NCBI GenBank assembly: GCA_016748015.1 | Contig: JAAOMT010000200.1 | Span: 556,984-620,983, forward strand | Length of the DNA: 64,000 bases | Origin: Geosiphon pyriformis uo1 | Taxonomy: Eukaryota; Fungi; Glomeromycota | Direction: 5' to 3' | Part shown: piece by piece, positions 13,891 through 27,400 of the stretch | How positions within the stretch are numbered: position 1 is the stretch's first letter | How the letters are laid out: the number at the start of each line of letters is the position of its first letter | Program-made: the position numbers and the translations under genes | Notes under the pieces: generated by a model | What the model was told of the DNA's origin: nothing | The model's input: only the letters and a program-made list of their open reading frames with translations | Database searches by the model: none

Positions 13891-14520
13891 TAATAGTTAA
13901 ATTATATATTAAATTAATTAAAAAAAATTAATAAAAAAATTAATGTTAAATTCAAGAAAAATATGTTAAAAAAATTAATAAAAAAAGAAAATACTTTTTT
14001 AATAATAATATATTTTTAATAACTTATAATATTTAATAATAAATATAATATTGTAAATAAAAATAAAATAAATAAGACTAATATTAAAAATATAAACAAA
14101 AAATATTAAGATAATTTAAAAATAAAAATATTTTAAATATAATTTATTAAAAATATAATAATATTTTTTTAAAAAAACCAGATTTTAATACAATAAGTAA
14201 TAATAATAAAATAATCTTAAAATCATTTTTTTGTTATTAAATATTGTTTTTTTGTTAATTTTTTTGCTTAAAAAAAATATGATTACTATAAAAAAATTTT
14301 TGCTTTAAATATTAGTTTATTAATTATAAAAAAATTATAAATAATTAAAAAAATATTTTTATTAATGATTAGTTTTAAAAAACATTTATTTATTTAAAAT
14401 TTTAGAAAATTTTTAAATTAAGTTTTAAACATATAAATTTTTGTTTAAATCTAAAAATAATTATTAAAAAAATTTTAATTAATATTTTTATAAAAAACTA
14501 TAAAAATTGTACTTTTTAAT
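13890..14520 (+). pseudogene. AT-eroded relic of LINE ORF1
   Basis: 14282-14430 aligns by eye to the ORF1 block at 21964-22130 (VSVRKSFALDIGL...RKIF...SKF) with G->A and C->T changes. Confidence 0.55.
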
Positions 14521-14659
14521 TTTAATTTTTTTTTATTACAGATTTAATAAGTGAAGTCCAACCACTATCTAGTACATAGAACCAAACCAAGTAGAACCAA
14601 CTAAATGCAGCTCATGCACAGGCTACATGTGGCCAGCCGCTTGACCAGACAAGGCAATG

Positions 14660-17600
14660 CTATATACCTATACTAACATAAACATCATTATTCAAACCAG
14701 AAAAAAAATGATACAATTTGCACCTACCAAACCTAACAGTAAAAGATTCTATAACACCAAGCATACAGACAATACCAGCCAACAACCTAAAAACTACACA
14801 GCCAGACAAATCAGAAACCAAACCATTATCCTCAACCAAGCCAGTTTTTTTCATATTCACTCTATGTTTGACTCTAACAGTTCATACTTTAGTGTGATGC
14901 AATTCCATCATAAACTTGATGTATTCCACAAGGGCTAGAGTAGTCTTTTTCTGTCTCTCAAAAACTAAAACAGTTTCAGCATACCAATCTCTTACCACAA
15001 AATTCTTGCAAACTGCTGTATAGAGACTCATATTTGAAGAACACAATGAAAGCAAATGCAAGACAGCAGATGTAGACAAACAAATAAGACCAGATATTGA
15101 CATCTATTTTTCAGCAGCTTCAACCAAAATGTTCCTGCAAAGACCAGAGTTACCAGAACAAGTAAAAACATAATCAGACAACTCCACCTCACCACACAGC
15201 AAGCACAACACTTCAGAATAACTTTTATTATACAACCTTTTCCTAACTGCAACCAGCAGCTACCTGTAAACAGCTTTCATCAAGTATGTGCACAAATTAG
15301 CTGACTTCCTACTGGTGAATCCAAAAAGCATGTGTAAATCAAGGTGCCAGATTGTTGCAGTAGCCCTCTAATCTATTTTCTTAATTATAATGTCTGGAAT
15401 TACATCAAAACCTGGACCAGCCTTCCAATGGGCATGACATATCAACCAGTATAAGTCTCAAACAAAATGACAAGTATTGCCAGATATAGCAGTTTCCTCA
15501 ATAACCAGAAATCTCTTCTAAATTTTCACCAGCATAGAAAGAGATGAGAAAGTTGCCTTATCAATACATCAGCCCTAATATTGCCCAATATATTTGAATG
15601 ACTCTTAACTTTTACTCACTTAATAAAAATATTTTTACTTTCAAGAAGATTGTCTATATGCAATCTTTTGATCCAACATTGGTTATGAAAGTCAGGCATA
15701 GTGACAGAAGCCTTAGAGATGCAAGCATTAATTGCAGCTTGACTATCTGAGTACAAAACCACTGAGCACAAAGATAAAACACTCTTCAATGCCAGCACTA
15801 CAGCTTGCAATTCAGTCAAAGTAGAAGACAAAAGCCCAGCCACTCTAATATCAGCATCTACAGCCAAGAAGTATACAGCCACTCCACTTACCACTTTAAC
15901 AGATCCAGCACATTTTAAGGATCTGTCTGTATAAACCTCAATGTAATCAGACCACATCTCCAGTAAACTATTGCAAACATCAAAAAACCTATTAGAATCT
16001 AAAACACTCAGCACATTTTTCCTATTAGCAAAAGTAGTTCTAACCCCCAAAGAAACAGATTTGTTCATAAAATCAGATATCAAAAAGAACCAGCAAAGCA
16101 CTGGGCCCCTTGGGTCCAATCATTTCTAATGACAAAATGTTTTTCAGTCTATTACCTTTCCTTTCTTATCAAGAATTCTGTTACCAAATGCAACACCAAA
16201 CCACTTCAACAAAAGAATAGATTTGTAGTACAGAAACTGACCCAAGATGTCAGACATTGGAAAATTACTTAAACCACAAAAGGCACAAGACAAATTGTTT
16301 GTCAATGACAAATTATTCTCTGAAAAAATCTTCACCACCCCTGCTAAAAAATTGTTCACAGGACTAATACACAACTTAACAAAAAACTGTAAAGAGTTCA
16401 GAGAGGACTATCTCAGAACTTGCAAATCCAAGAATCTATGATCAAATAAGTGTCCAAGAATGCCATGTCTATTAGAAAATGAGATCAGAGATGCCAACTT
16501 CCCTTCAGACTGTACTTGCTCAAAGGGCTTCAAACCATACAAAGAAGAGTGATGTAAGACCTCACTGGAAAAGTCACATGGTAAACCAGCTTTGGCTTTA
16601 AGATCTTTTCTAATTATAATATCTCACTTGTGACACACACCCAAAGATATAAAACTGAATTGTGTATAATAGCTAACAATGGGTTGCAAGACCGCCAACA
16701 CCAAATAACAGAACTGCTTGTTTGTAATAGTCTTTCTTAACACCACATTAGAAAAAAACCTGACATCCACATAAGCTTGAACCATACTGGGCTTAGAAAG
16801 ACCTTTAGTTAATAGAAAGATGCCCAAATACCAGTGTGATTCACTTTTTTTAGCAATTGAAATCAGCAATCCATTAATTAACAACAAAGCATCTTTAATT
16901 TCTTGATTAATAGGAATAGTTACTGTTTTATTATTATTGATTGAAATGTCATTGATCACAAAAAACTCACTTGCAATGTTCAAAATATACTGTATAGATG
17001 TATAACTACTACTAACCCAAATCATATTATCAATGAAGGTACCAGCAGCCAAAAAAAAAGTCTTTCCACCACTCACCTTAATTCTGCCAGACTTTGCCAC
17101 AAACCTAAAATCAATTCTGTATCCACATAAATGCTCATGTCTTTTTATCTCACACAAAAATAGATCATAAAAGATTCTCCAAAGTAGTAGAGAAAAGACC
17201 TCCCTCTGATCCAACTCATCATGCACTCTGTAGTCTGCTAATAGCACAAAGTCTGTCATTACTCTGTTGACCCAGTTTTTATGGATGTTACCAAAAAATT
17301 TTATAAAACATTCACAAATTTTGATGCAATACAAACTTGTTTGCAAATGATACCAGCTTACTGAATCATAAGCTTTGCACATATCCTGTAGTACCAACCA
17401 AAGCTTTCTGTTTTTCTCCAGAGCATTTTCAACAACTGATCCAATAGCAAAAATAAGAGACTGGGTTAACATACTCTTCAACACCAAAAAATTGTCATCA
17501 CAAAGAATATTGAACTTGCTACAAGCCAAAAATATCCAATCAGAAAGAATCTTAGAAAGTATTTTATGTGCAGTATTGACTAATGTGATAAGTCTAGTAC

Positions 17601-19341
17601 TTGTTAAAATACCATTCCACTCGTAAGGTTTCAGAATCATTGAAATCCATGCTCTCTTCTAGAGATTAGGAACCACACTCTGACTCAAGCACAAATTTAA
17701 CAGCCCCAACAAACAGGCCAAAATCTCTTCACTACAATGCTTTTAAAGCTTGTTAGGTATCCCTAACAATCCTGCTGTCTTATTATTTGGCAAATTACCA
17801 ACAACCAAAAACAATTCTTCCATACCAATTTTATTTATTACATTAAAATAGACACTACCATCAATATAATTTAGAGACATATATTGTCAAGACCAAAGAT
17901 CAGGTATTTTTGGAAGAACTGACCACTTTTTTGTTCATCTTTTCATAATCTTATTAACTCTGAGCTTTACTTCATTAGGCTTAAACACCAGCTTATTATC
18001 TACTACCAAGTGATCCAAAACTACTTTGTGAAATAAACGTTTCAGAATGTTCTTTATTATTTCTTCTTTGTTAGAACAAAATTTTTTCATATGCTGGTTA
18101 ATTGCCTTTCTTATAGCAGTATTCTTAGCAACCTTGGACTTGCAATACTTGAATCTCTAATACTTTTTCCTTATTACTGATAAATGTTTAATCAAATTCA
18201 TTGAGCTCACACCAGCCAAAACCATGCTATTAATCTTGAAAGCTTCAACTTCATCAATAGCCAACCAGATCTTAACAAGATGATTAAAATCTAATAGATT
18301 ACCAGAATTCCAATATTTCACAATCTTTATGACAAGTAGTTCCAATTTAAAGAATTTTGAAGATTGTTTATTCCTCAAACAGTCATACTTACTATACCAA
18401 ATCTTAGAGAAAACTTTATTGACAGCTTGTACCATGGTTTTTCTCAGCATTCTCCATATCATATTTAAGTTATTATTGTCTTTTACTTCCTCAAACATGT
18501 CTGATCTAATCAACAACTTGGCAGATGAATGGTCTTTAAAGCTTAACCATTGAACATCATCCACATTCTTTATTTTGAACTTCCACCAATCTTGGTTGGC
18601 TTGCCTGCAAATGCTAATAAGATAGGCATTCAGTAGCTTACCCAAACCAACTGAAACTGAAACTGATTTATAATCTGTATTGAAGAACTCAGACACATTA
18701 TTGACTTTATGTGATGTAATAACAGACACCAAATTTCCACTTACTAAAATAAAATCAATTATTCTTTTAACATCCCTAGAATTGCTCTAGGTAGAAGCTT
18801 TGGTCAGCAAATATCCAGCAAAAATATTAACTAGGCCCAATTCCAAGCAGAACTTGAAACTTGCACTTTTCTAAGAACTATTTTCATTAAAATCACCACC
18901 CAAAATCACAAAAAAGCTGGAATTAATGGCCTTAAAGACCATAAAATTGATATCAGCAGCTTGACCAAAACATGTGCCAATAGATGCATTAACGTACAGA
19001 CCCAAGATCATAACTGAAAGCTTGTTTTTGAACAAAAGGCGCACAGAAATCAAACAACTAGGAATCTCTTCCACTTTTGACACATGCTAAGCTAAAAAAG
19101 TGTCCATGATTATAGCAACACCAGCACCACAAAACCCAACATCCAAACCAGTAATAAAAACCCAAATTCTATCAAACTTATTTATAATCCAAGACCTAAT
19201 ATCAGATCTTAATTTTGTCTCAGTAACAATAGAAATCATGTTGTTTGACTCTTTATGCCAATAAACAATGTCATCCTGTTTAGATAAATTTGTCATACCT
19301 CTAACATTACATGTAGTTATTCTTCAAATAAGCTTACTCAT
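14660..19341 (-). pseudogene. LINE ORF2 (AP endonuclease, reverse transcriptase, RNase H, C-terminal Cys/His motif)
   Basis: ORF pieces 19087-19296, 18871-19083, 18157-18732, 16624-17640, 15616-16119, 14660-14860 in the expected domain order. Confidence 0.88.
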
Positions 19342-21221
19342 TAATGTGAATGATGTGCCAAGAAGTCTGAATTCACATACAACAGATCTAACTTCCCTAA
19401 AATTGAGCCAATAGAAACTTCAAGAGCTACCATCTTAGATTCCAAACCACTGACTTTGAAAGTAAAGACTTTTGAACTATTCAAACCCAAATCTACAGTC
19501 TTGCTCTCAACAATAGAAGATGAAGGAAGAAATGATAGCTGTAAAACATCCAAAATCATATCAGCATTCAACACTAACTTAACAGAAGCAAAACCAACTG
19601 GAGGTCTAACATTAGAGGCAGACACCAGAGGCACCAGCTCCACGCCATTCAATTTGCACAATATACTTGACACTTGATTAGCTAGCAATTCCAAAGAGTG
19701 CTCCAGTGAAGTTAGACAATTGTGTATTGAAAAATCAACATGATCAATTAGCATGCTTTCTTTATCATGCAAGGCATCAGAAAAAAAGAACTCAGAACCT
19801 GAATCTGAACCAGAAGGAGAACCACCAGAAGAAGAAGCAAGTGAAACCACCTGTGTCCAAGACTTGTCACCAAAAGCAGCAGAACAGGAGATGAGAACAC
19901 CCTTTTTTGTATACAGTTTTGCTTGCTGAAGATAATGCTTTCCAGAAGTGACTCTTTTAACAGACTTTGAAGGTTTAGCACTAGGTGCAATTGGTGCATC
20001 ACACTCTACAGAAAAATGACCAAAACACCCACAATTCTTACAGTGAACCAAATCCAACCTAGTCCAAGAAAGTTTAACCCCACCAAATATCAGCTCAGTA
20101 TAATATGCAGACTCCTAATCCTCACTAAATCCAAAACTAATCATGACACAGCAAACCTGGTTACCAGAATCTAATGAACAATTGATGATGCAGGTTTTTT
20201 CACCAACCCTATCCAAAAGAGTGCCCAGATCATGAGCAGTTGTTCCCACCAGCAGAGTAAACAGCAAAGCTCTAAATTGATCTCTAGACGCCCAAGTATT
20301 GTGATCTTCTACAGCCATAGCCACACACACTGAGTCTTTATCAATTAAAAAAGACTATTTAGCAGCCAAATGTTTAGTCCGACTTAGTTTAACAAATTCT
20401 ACCACAGCTTTTTGCCACATTCCAATCAGTTGAATTTTGATCAACTTAATTTTACCAAACTCAGTTAGAGCAGCAACAATTATTTCCTTTGGTGTGTCAA
20501 TGGGAATTTTTTTGATGACCACAGTCCAATCTGAATGAATTCCTTGTCTTTTGAGATTGCTGTTTATGTTAATCCCTTTTTTTCTGGCCAATGAAGCAGT
20601 CATTTCCATGCTTTTTTCTGAAGTGAAGGTAGATCAAATGATCCTTTTAAATTTTGAGAGGGTAGTGGCCCCCACAAACCCATTAACTGAAGAAAAAATT
20701 TTTCTGATTAACTGAGTTTTTGCCATTGCTGATTTTCCTTCTATAGCTAAGAGATTAATATTTAAAGCAAATGACTTTTTGACTGACACTTCCATAGTAG
20801 TTTTGATGATCTTTGGATCAATCCACTTCTTTTCAAGAGAGATAGACAAACAAGAAGGGAGTACAACTTCATTATCATTCATATAAAAATTGGGAGAACT
20901 GAGTGAAAAACCAAAAACAGCACCAGTATTGATCTGCTTCGTCTTGGGTGTAGTAGCAGCCAAGCCCAAAAGAGACCCATCATTCACACCAGATATGCCA
21001 ATGTTCTTATTATCATCAGATAGACTATCCACATCAGAATATACACTGTTACCAGGCCCAAATTTACTTAGAGATATATCTCTTTTATCATCAGAGTGTT
21101 TGATATTACCAATGACAACTTTCTTCTTTTAAAAAAATAAACTACCAGCAGGACCATGAAAAGCACCCTTAGGTGTCTTCTTCTTAGATGTGAAGCTACT
21201 TGTAATAGTCTCCATATCCAT
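19341..21221 (-). pseudogene. LINE ORF1 (nucleic-acid-binding protein with CCHC knuckle and coiled-coil-like end)
   Basis: Collinear ORF pieces 20634-21032, 20355-20609, 20115-20330, 19341-20057 separated by decay stops; CKNCGCFGHFSVEC. Confidence 0.8.
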
Positions 21222-21439
21222 AAAAAATGGGTTATTACTAGATAAAGAAATGTTGATATAAACTAAAAAACAAAAAAACTTCTTTTCACAGAAAATGTGC
21301 TTTTTGAGAATTTTTGGAGGTAAGAGAAAAAGAAGTTTTTTTTAATTTTAATATAATTTAGTTAACTAAAATATAATTAATTAATTTTTAATAAAAAATA
21401 ATAATTAAATTTGTTAAATTAATTTAAAAAAAAACTTTT

Positions 21440-24400
21440 TTTACATCCTAAATTTACAGAAAGAGTATATTTGTTAAAAAAAGTTTTAATTATTCAATAT
21501 GATAAATTCAAACTATTTTTGCTCAATTACAAGACTATTGTTGGCCTTAATATTATTGTTATGAAAAAGTCTATTAAAATTCTGGTTTTGGTATTAATAT
21601 TAAACTTATTATATCAAGAAAAAAAAAAAAGAATAGTGTTTTGCAAAATAGTATTAATAACAGAAAGGTTTTTGCTAAAGAATTAAATAGTTATTTTTGA
21701 GACTTAAAAACTATTAATTTCACCAAATCTGATAATATTAACATGGAAATAGAGTATTTGGTTGAGGAAACTAGTATTAACTATAATGAAAATAACACTT
21801 TTGCTAAAGTAAATTCTGACCAAATACCAAAAAATTCATAAATAAAAACCAAAAAAGCATTGAGAAAACCATTAAAAAAAATTAATTTTTTGAGTAATAA
21901 TAATAATGATCTTTTTTTGCATGTTTTTCTGATGCTTCTTTCTTTCTTAAGAATCTGGTCAATGTTTCTGTTAGAAAGTTTTCACTTTAGATATTGGATT
22001 AGACAAAGTTGCTAGAAAAACATCTTAAAAAAGTATATAGTAGTTAGAAAACTGTTTTTAAAAATTAATGATTTTGGAAGAGTGTTCATTCTTTTAAAAT
22101 TTGCTAAGATTATTAAAGTTATGTTTACTTCTGAATCAAGTTTAGGGCAGACTACTAATAAGACTAAGAGTACAAAAATTCTAATAAGCATTAATCTTAG
22201 GAAATTTATTAGGCATTCAGATTAGGCTGTAGTGTTAAAAAAAATTCTAATTGGTACATTAGTTAAGACTGTATATGCTGCACTATTCGAGTTTGGAATA
22301 ATTAAGTTAATTAAGATGCAGTTGGTAAGAATATAACAAAAGGCTGTAATAAAATTTGAGCAATTAGATTATACTAATTTGATTACAGCAGAATAGTCTA
22401 TCCTAATTAAAAAAGATACTATACAAGTTGTTAAAATTAATATAGACAAAAAGATATAAGATGCTAAAAATTATAATAAAAGACTACTCTGTTTTTGGAA
22501 ACAAATGCTCATAACATTTAGAACTTTATTAAATCTGTGAGTAAGAAAACTTGTATAATAGACTATTATCTAATTATGTATACCTAAATTAAATATACTG
22601 TTGTTTGTTTTGATTTTCTCAAATTAATAAATATTGTTATAAAAACTACACTAATATTAAGGAGTATTAATCTATGTTGGTCTTATATTAGTTTAACCAA
22701 GTATATCAAGTATGGTTTTTTAAGTTATATATTATTAAGCTGTATCATTAACAAGAAAGTTCTTTCTGGTATTTTGTTTTGTAAAGTTTTTTTAGATGTT
22801 AATAAAAACAGACTGGCTGTTATTTATGCCAGATATTTGGCTTCTGTTATTTGTTTTGTTGTTTTTAATAATGCTTTTTGGGCTTTGGTTGTCAGTGGAT
22901 CTTCTTTTTTCTCTCTTCTTATTTGAAATAGTTTGGCTAATTTTGGCTTTTTCTTAAAAGCAAAGGTTTTTCTGCTGGTATTGAAAGAATTAAATAATAG
23001 ATTTATTACTCTTGAGCACAGTGTCATTAGCTTCATGAAGCAAATAAATAAGCTGGTTAAGAAGTTGGATATACTTAGGCCAATAGTTTCCCAATTTAGT
23101 CTTGAATATTAGCTATTAGTGACTTCTTTATTGCAGAATCAAGAGATAAATACAATGATAAGTGAGAGTTTGAGTATAGTCACTAATAGTAAAACTGTTA
23201 CATAAGCAGCATCTCTAAATCAGTTAGTAATTTCTAAATTAGAGAACAATTTAATAAATCTTTTAGATATAATTATGAGTTTTTTAGCCAAAATAAATAA
23301 TATTTTTTTGGATTCAAGTTTTTATTTGTCTTAATGACCAGTCTTATTTAAAAGTTTGCTATATATAATATTAGGAATATTAATGTTTCTGTTAAGCAAA
23401 AAAATGTTGTTTATTAGCATACTAATTTGGATAATATGGTTTTTTTTATTACGGAAACAAAACTAAGAGCTAATATTAAGCCATAAATTGCAAATAAGTT
23501 TAATAGAGTGCAAATCTTTATATTTGAATTGAATAAGAGTTTTTTTAGTACTGGTATGGTTATTGTTATGAACAATTCTTTGGCTTGATATGTTTTCAAG
23601 ATAAAAGAGATTTTTAGTTACATTAATTTAATGTGGTTTCTTTTTAAAGACAAGCTTTTAGTTATGGTTTTGGGTTGTATATTAGTGTTTCTGCTGAAAC
23701 TAAGTTTTTTTAAGCTTCAAATATTAATTTTCTTATTGCTAAGACTGTTAACTCCAGTACTTTTGTGATTTTGAGTGAAGATTTTAACAAAAATAGATTT
23801 GAAAAAAGTACAAGTTTCAAATTTTAGATTTAAGTTTAATTAACTCATTTAGTAAACATCTATTGGTTAAAATCCTTATTTGGAGCAACTTAAAAGATGT
23901 TAAAAAAGTTTTAGATTATATTTTTGTAAATAAAAATTTATTATTAGCAGTTGTTAATCATAAAATAAACTTTATGTTTACTTTTTTCAATACTAATTAT
24001 AAGACTATCTTGGTTTTAATTGGCTTGGGTAGTTTCTTGAATATTTATTTGAATGGCATGTATAAACAAGTTAATATGAATTGTTAGAAGTTCAAACTTA
24101 AAGATACAGATGGTGCCAAGTAAACACAATTTAAGAAATGTTTTTTTGTCAAATTTTTAGTGGTAAAGAATAAGTTTTTGAGAACAAAAGCTTATAATAA
24201 TTTGAATGCTATGTGGAGTTTGCTGAAAAAAGTAATGGTAGAGTCAGCTAATAAAACATTCTTTAAACATTGGTTTAGTAAGTTTTAATGTTCAAAAAAC
24301 TATAAGTTTTCAAAGTTTTTTGGATTAGAATTGCTAATTGCCAAAATTATTAAGAAGTTAAGCTCAAATAACATACTTTAATTTAATTGTCTTACTAAGA

Positions 24401-27400
24401 AATAGTTAAATTTGAATGATAGTAAAGCTTTTAAAATCATAGACATAATTCAAAATGATAGAAAGTTAATGAATATTCTCAAACATTTGTTAATGATTCA
24501 AAAGAAGTATAGAAAGTCCAAGTTTTATAAGTCAAAATTAGCTGAAAAAACATTTATTAGAAAGATAATCAAAAAGCACATAGAAAGTTTTTGTTTTAAT
24601 AAAAGAGATATAATAAAGAATATTTTAGATTGGTTTTTTTGCAAGATGGTTTTAAATTACTTGGTAGTAAAAAATAAGTTGATTTTAAAACCAAAAAAAG
24701 TAAAATTCAGTGTTAATAAGATTATAGAGAGTTGAACAAAAAAATAAACTGTGTCTTAGATAATGTTTAATCTATAAATTCACCAATATATATTAGATTA
24801 TGTAAATTATGATGTTTTTTCTGGCATAATAAAGAAGATCAATATAGAAGAATTGCTTTTGGTAAATAATAATCTGTTTAATAACAAAGTTGCTAATTTG
24901 TCTGGTATTTCTAATAAACTTTAGAAGCATGATAGTAATAATATAGTAAGATGTTTCCTGAATTTATTAAATACATATTTATCTCTTAGTAGTGTTTTAG
25001 TTTTGTAAAAAAGAACTTGAATCTCAATAATCTCTAAACCTTATAATAGAGATGTGGTTTTAACAAACACCTAACCTATTGCTTTAATTAAAATGGCCAG
25101 AAAATTCTCTCCAAAGTTCTATTTAATTGGATTTTGTCTGCATATTACAAGTTTGGTATTCTTTATGGTGATAATTTTTCTGTTCTAAAGAACATATATA
25201 CTCAATCTCTTGTGTTTGCTGTTGAATCAATAGTTAAAGATGCTTTAGAAAAGAATAAAAAACTTTGTTTGGTCTTGTAGAATATATGTAAAACATATAA
25301 CTTAGTTAGTTAAAATCACTTGAAAGCTAGCTTGTAATAGATCAAAATATACAACAGATTTATAAAATCTTTTGGTAGCATACATAAAAATAGAGTTAAT
25401 AGAGTGATGACTGATTTTGGTTTTTTGAGTAACTATAAAGTACATAATAGATTGAATTAAGGTAAAGTCTTTTCACCTCTTTTTTAGAGAATTTTTTACA
25501 ATTTATTTTTATGTAAGATTAAGAGACATAAACATTTGTGCAGATATTAAATTAATACTAATTTTGTGGCCAAAACAGACAAAATAGAAAATAGTAATAG
25601 GTTGTCTTTTTTTTTTGCTGCTGGTGTATTTGTAAATAATACAATTTGGGTTAAGAATTGTCAAGCTTCTATACAGTATGCTTTGAATATTGTTAAAAAA
25701 TTTTTTTTAATTAATAATATTTCTATTAATAATAATAAAACTGTGGCTATTTTTATCAACTAAAGTGTTAAAATTGTTTTTTTAGAATCAATAGTCTATC
25801 AATTTTGATAGCCAAGAAAAATAAGACTCACAAATATCTGAAGAATTTTTTGTCAACTAAAAAATTGTTCAAGTTAAGTCTGGCCAAGACTCATTTTAAT
25901 ATTTAATTTTTTGTTAATGTGGCTCTTAAGAAAGCTATTATAAATAAGCAGTTTTCATATTTGGTATTAGCTGTTTTGCAATCCATTATTACTTATAAAA
26001 ATTAAGAGTATTATTGTTAGAAGAATAGCCAACCAGAAGTAGACATAATAACAGAGAAGTTACAGGATTCCAGAATTCCAGAATTCTTCTAAAGAAATTA
26101 CAGAATTCTATGAATTTTGTATAACATAAATTATACATATATAATAAGAGTGTTAAAAGTAGAAAAAGCAATTTCTGGAAAATTTAATAGAATTTTATTA
26201 ATTTAGAACAATCTTTTTTCTTCTCTATTTATTAATTCTTACTTCAAAGATAGTTACTATTAATCAAAGTAAATTTATTAATATTAAATATCAATAAAAA
26301 ATATTTATTATCATCACAATCCATTTTTTTACTATCAACAAGTCATGTTGATAATTGCTAATACTTAACCACACTAGAGCAATAGTTCTTAATTATGGCT
26401 ATTAATGGAATACTAATTCTTATTTTATTTTATTTTTATTTTTGGTTATTTTTTTTATTTCTTTGTTGTTTGTTGATTTACTAACTGATTAAAAAGATTA
26501 AGTATTAAGTAATTGACATCAAAGTTAGTCTGGTAAAAGACTCTAAAGGAAGAGTATAGAGTTTAAAGAATTAATAGATAAGCTTATTAGAAGAGCACAA
26601 CTGTTAAAATAAACTGGCCATTATGCTAAAGAAAGAAATTTGACAGAATTGCAATTCTAGGAGACTACTAACACAATCAGTGATTCTCTGTCTATTATAC
26701 AAAGAACTCAACTAAAATTTTCAGATACAAAACCTTCAGATTACAAAAACTTTTAGATATTATCAACTATATCACTTATTAAGCACCAAGTTATGAGTTT
26801 GTTATTTATTCTACTTACTTAAATAATTATCTGTAATATCATAATCAGTTATAAAATTCAGTTTAATTTTGTCTTATCAAGTATATATTATAAGTAAAAT
26901 ATTATAATTAGGAAGAGTCTTAAGTTTAAAGCCTGTTTACTATGTAATTTTTTTAATGAGACTTTGTATTATCTTTTTCTATATGATTTGAAACCATTTG
27001 AACAAGTGCAGTTTAAAAAAAAATTAGCTGTGTTGATTATTTTTTTTAATACTTCAAACATTTTTGAATGCTTATTTAATCACAGATTTTTAAATTTGCA
27101 AATTTTGGGTTGGGCTCTTTTAAATTCTTTGCAGTTTTCTATCAAGTTATGTGTTAATTCAATGGACAATTTTTTGGCTGGAGTGGTGAAAATTTTTTTG
27201 GACTTTGGATTGTCTTTAATAAACAATTTGCCCAATGTATTTTATAGTTCTAATAAGTTTTTAATATTGATTATTTTGGGTCAATCTTTGTATTTTAGTT
27301 TAGTTTGCTTTTTAAAAATGGTTTAGAATTGTATTTAGTAATAGACTTTTAGATAAGAAGAGCAATATAATAAACTGAAAAACTTTTTACCAATAAAAAA

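Larger units (their letters stand above)
14526..21335 (-). mobile_element. Near full-length degenerate LINE (ORF1 + APE-RT-RNase H ORF2, poly(A))
   Basis: T-run 14526-14534; ORF1 with CxxCxxxxHxxxxC; ORF2 with TCNVRG/TETKL/LGGDFN (APE), QDMCKAYDSV and FIDN (RT), VYTDRS/ELQAV/SDSQAAI (RNase H). Confidence 0.93.

Noticed and set aside
21335-21440. Head-to-head LINE pair as a functional bidirectional unit
   Set aside because: Different subfamilies and decay levels with a featureless AT spacer; chance adjacency is sufficient.
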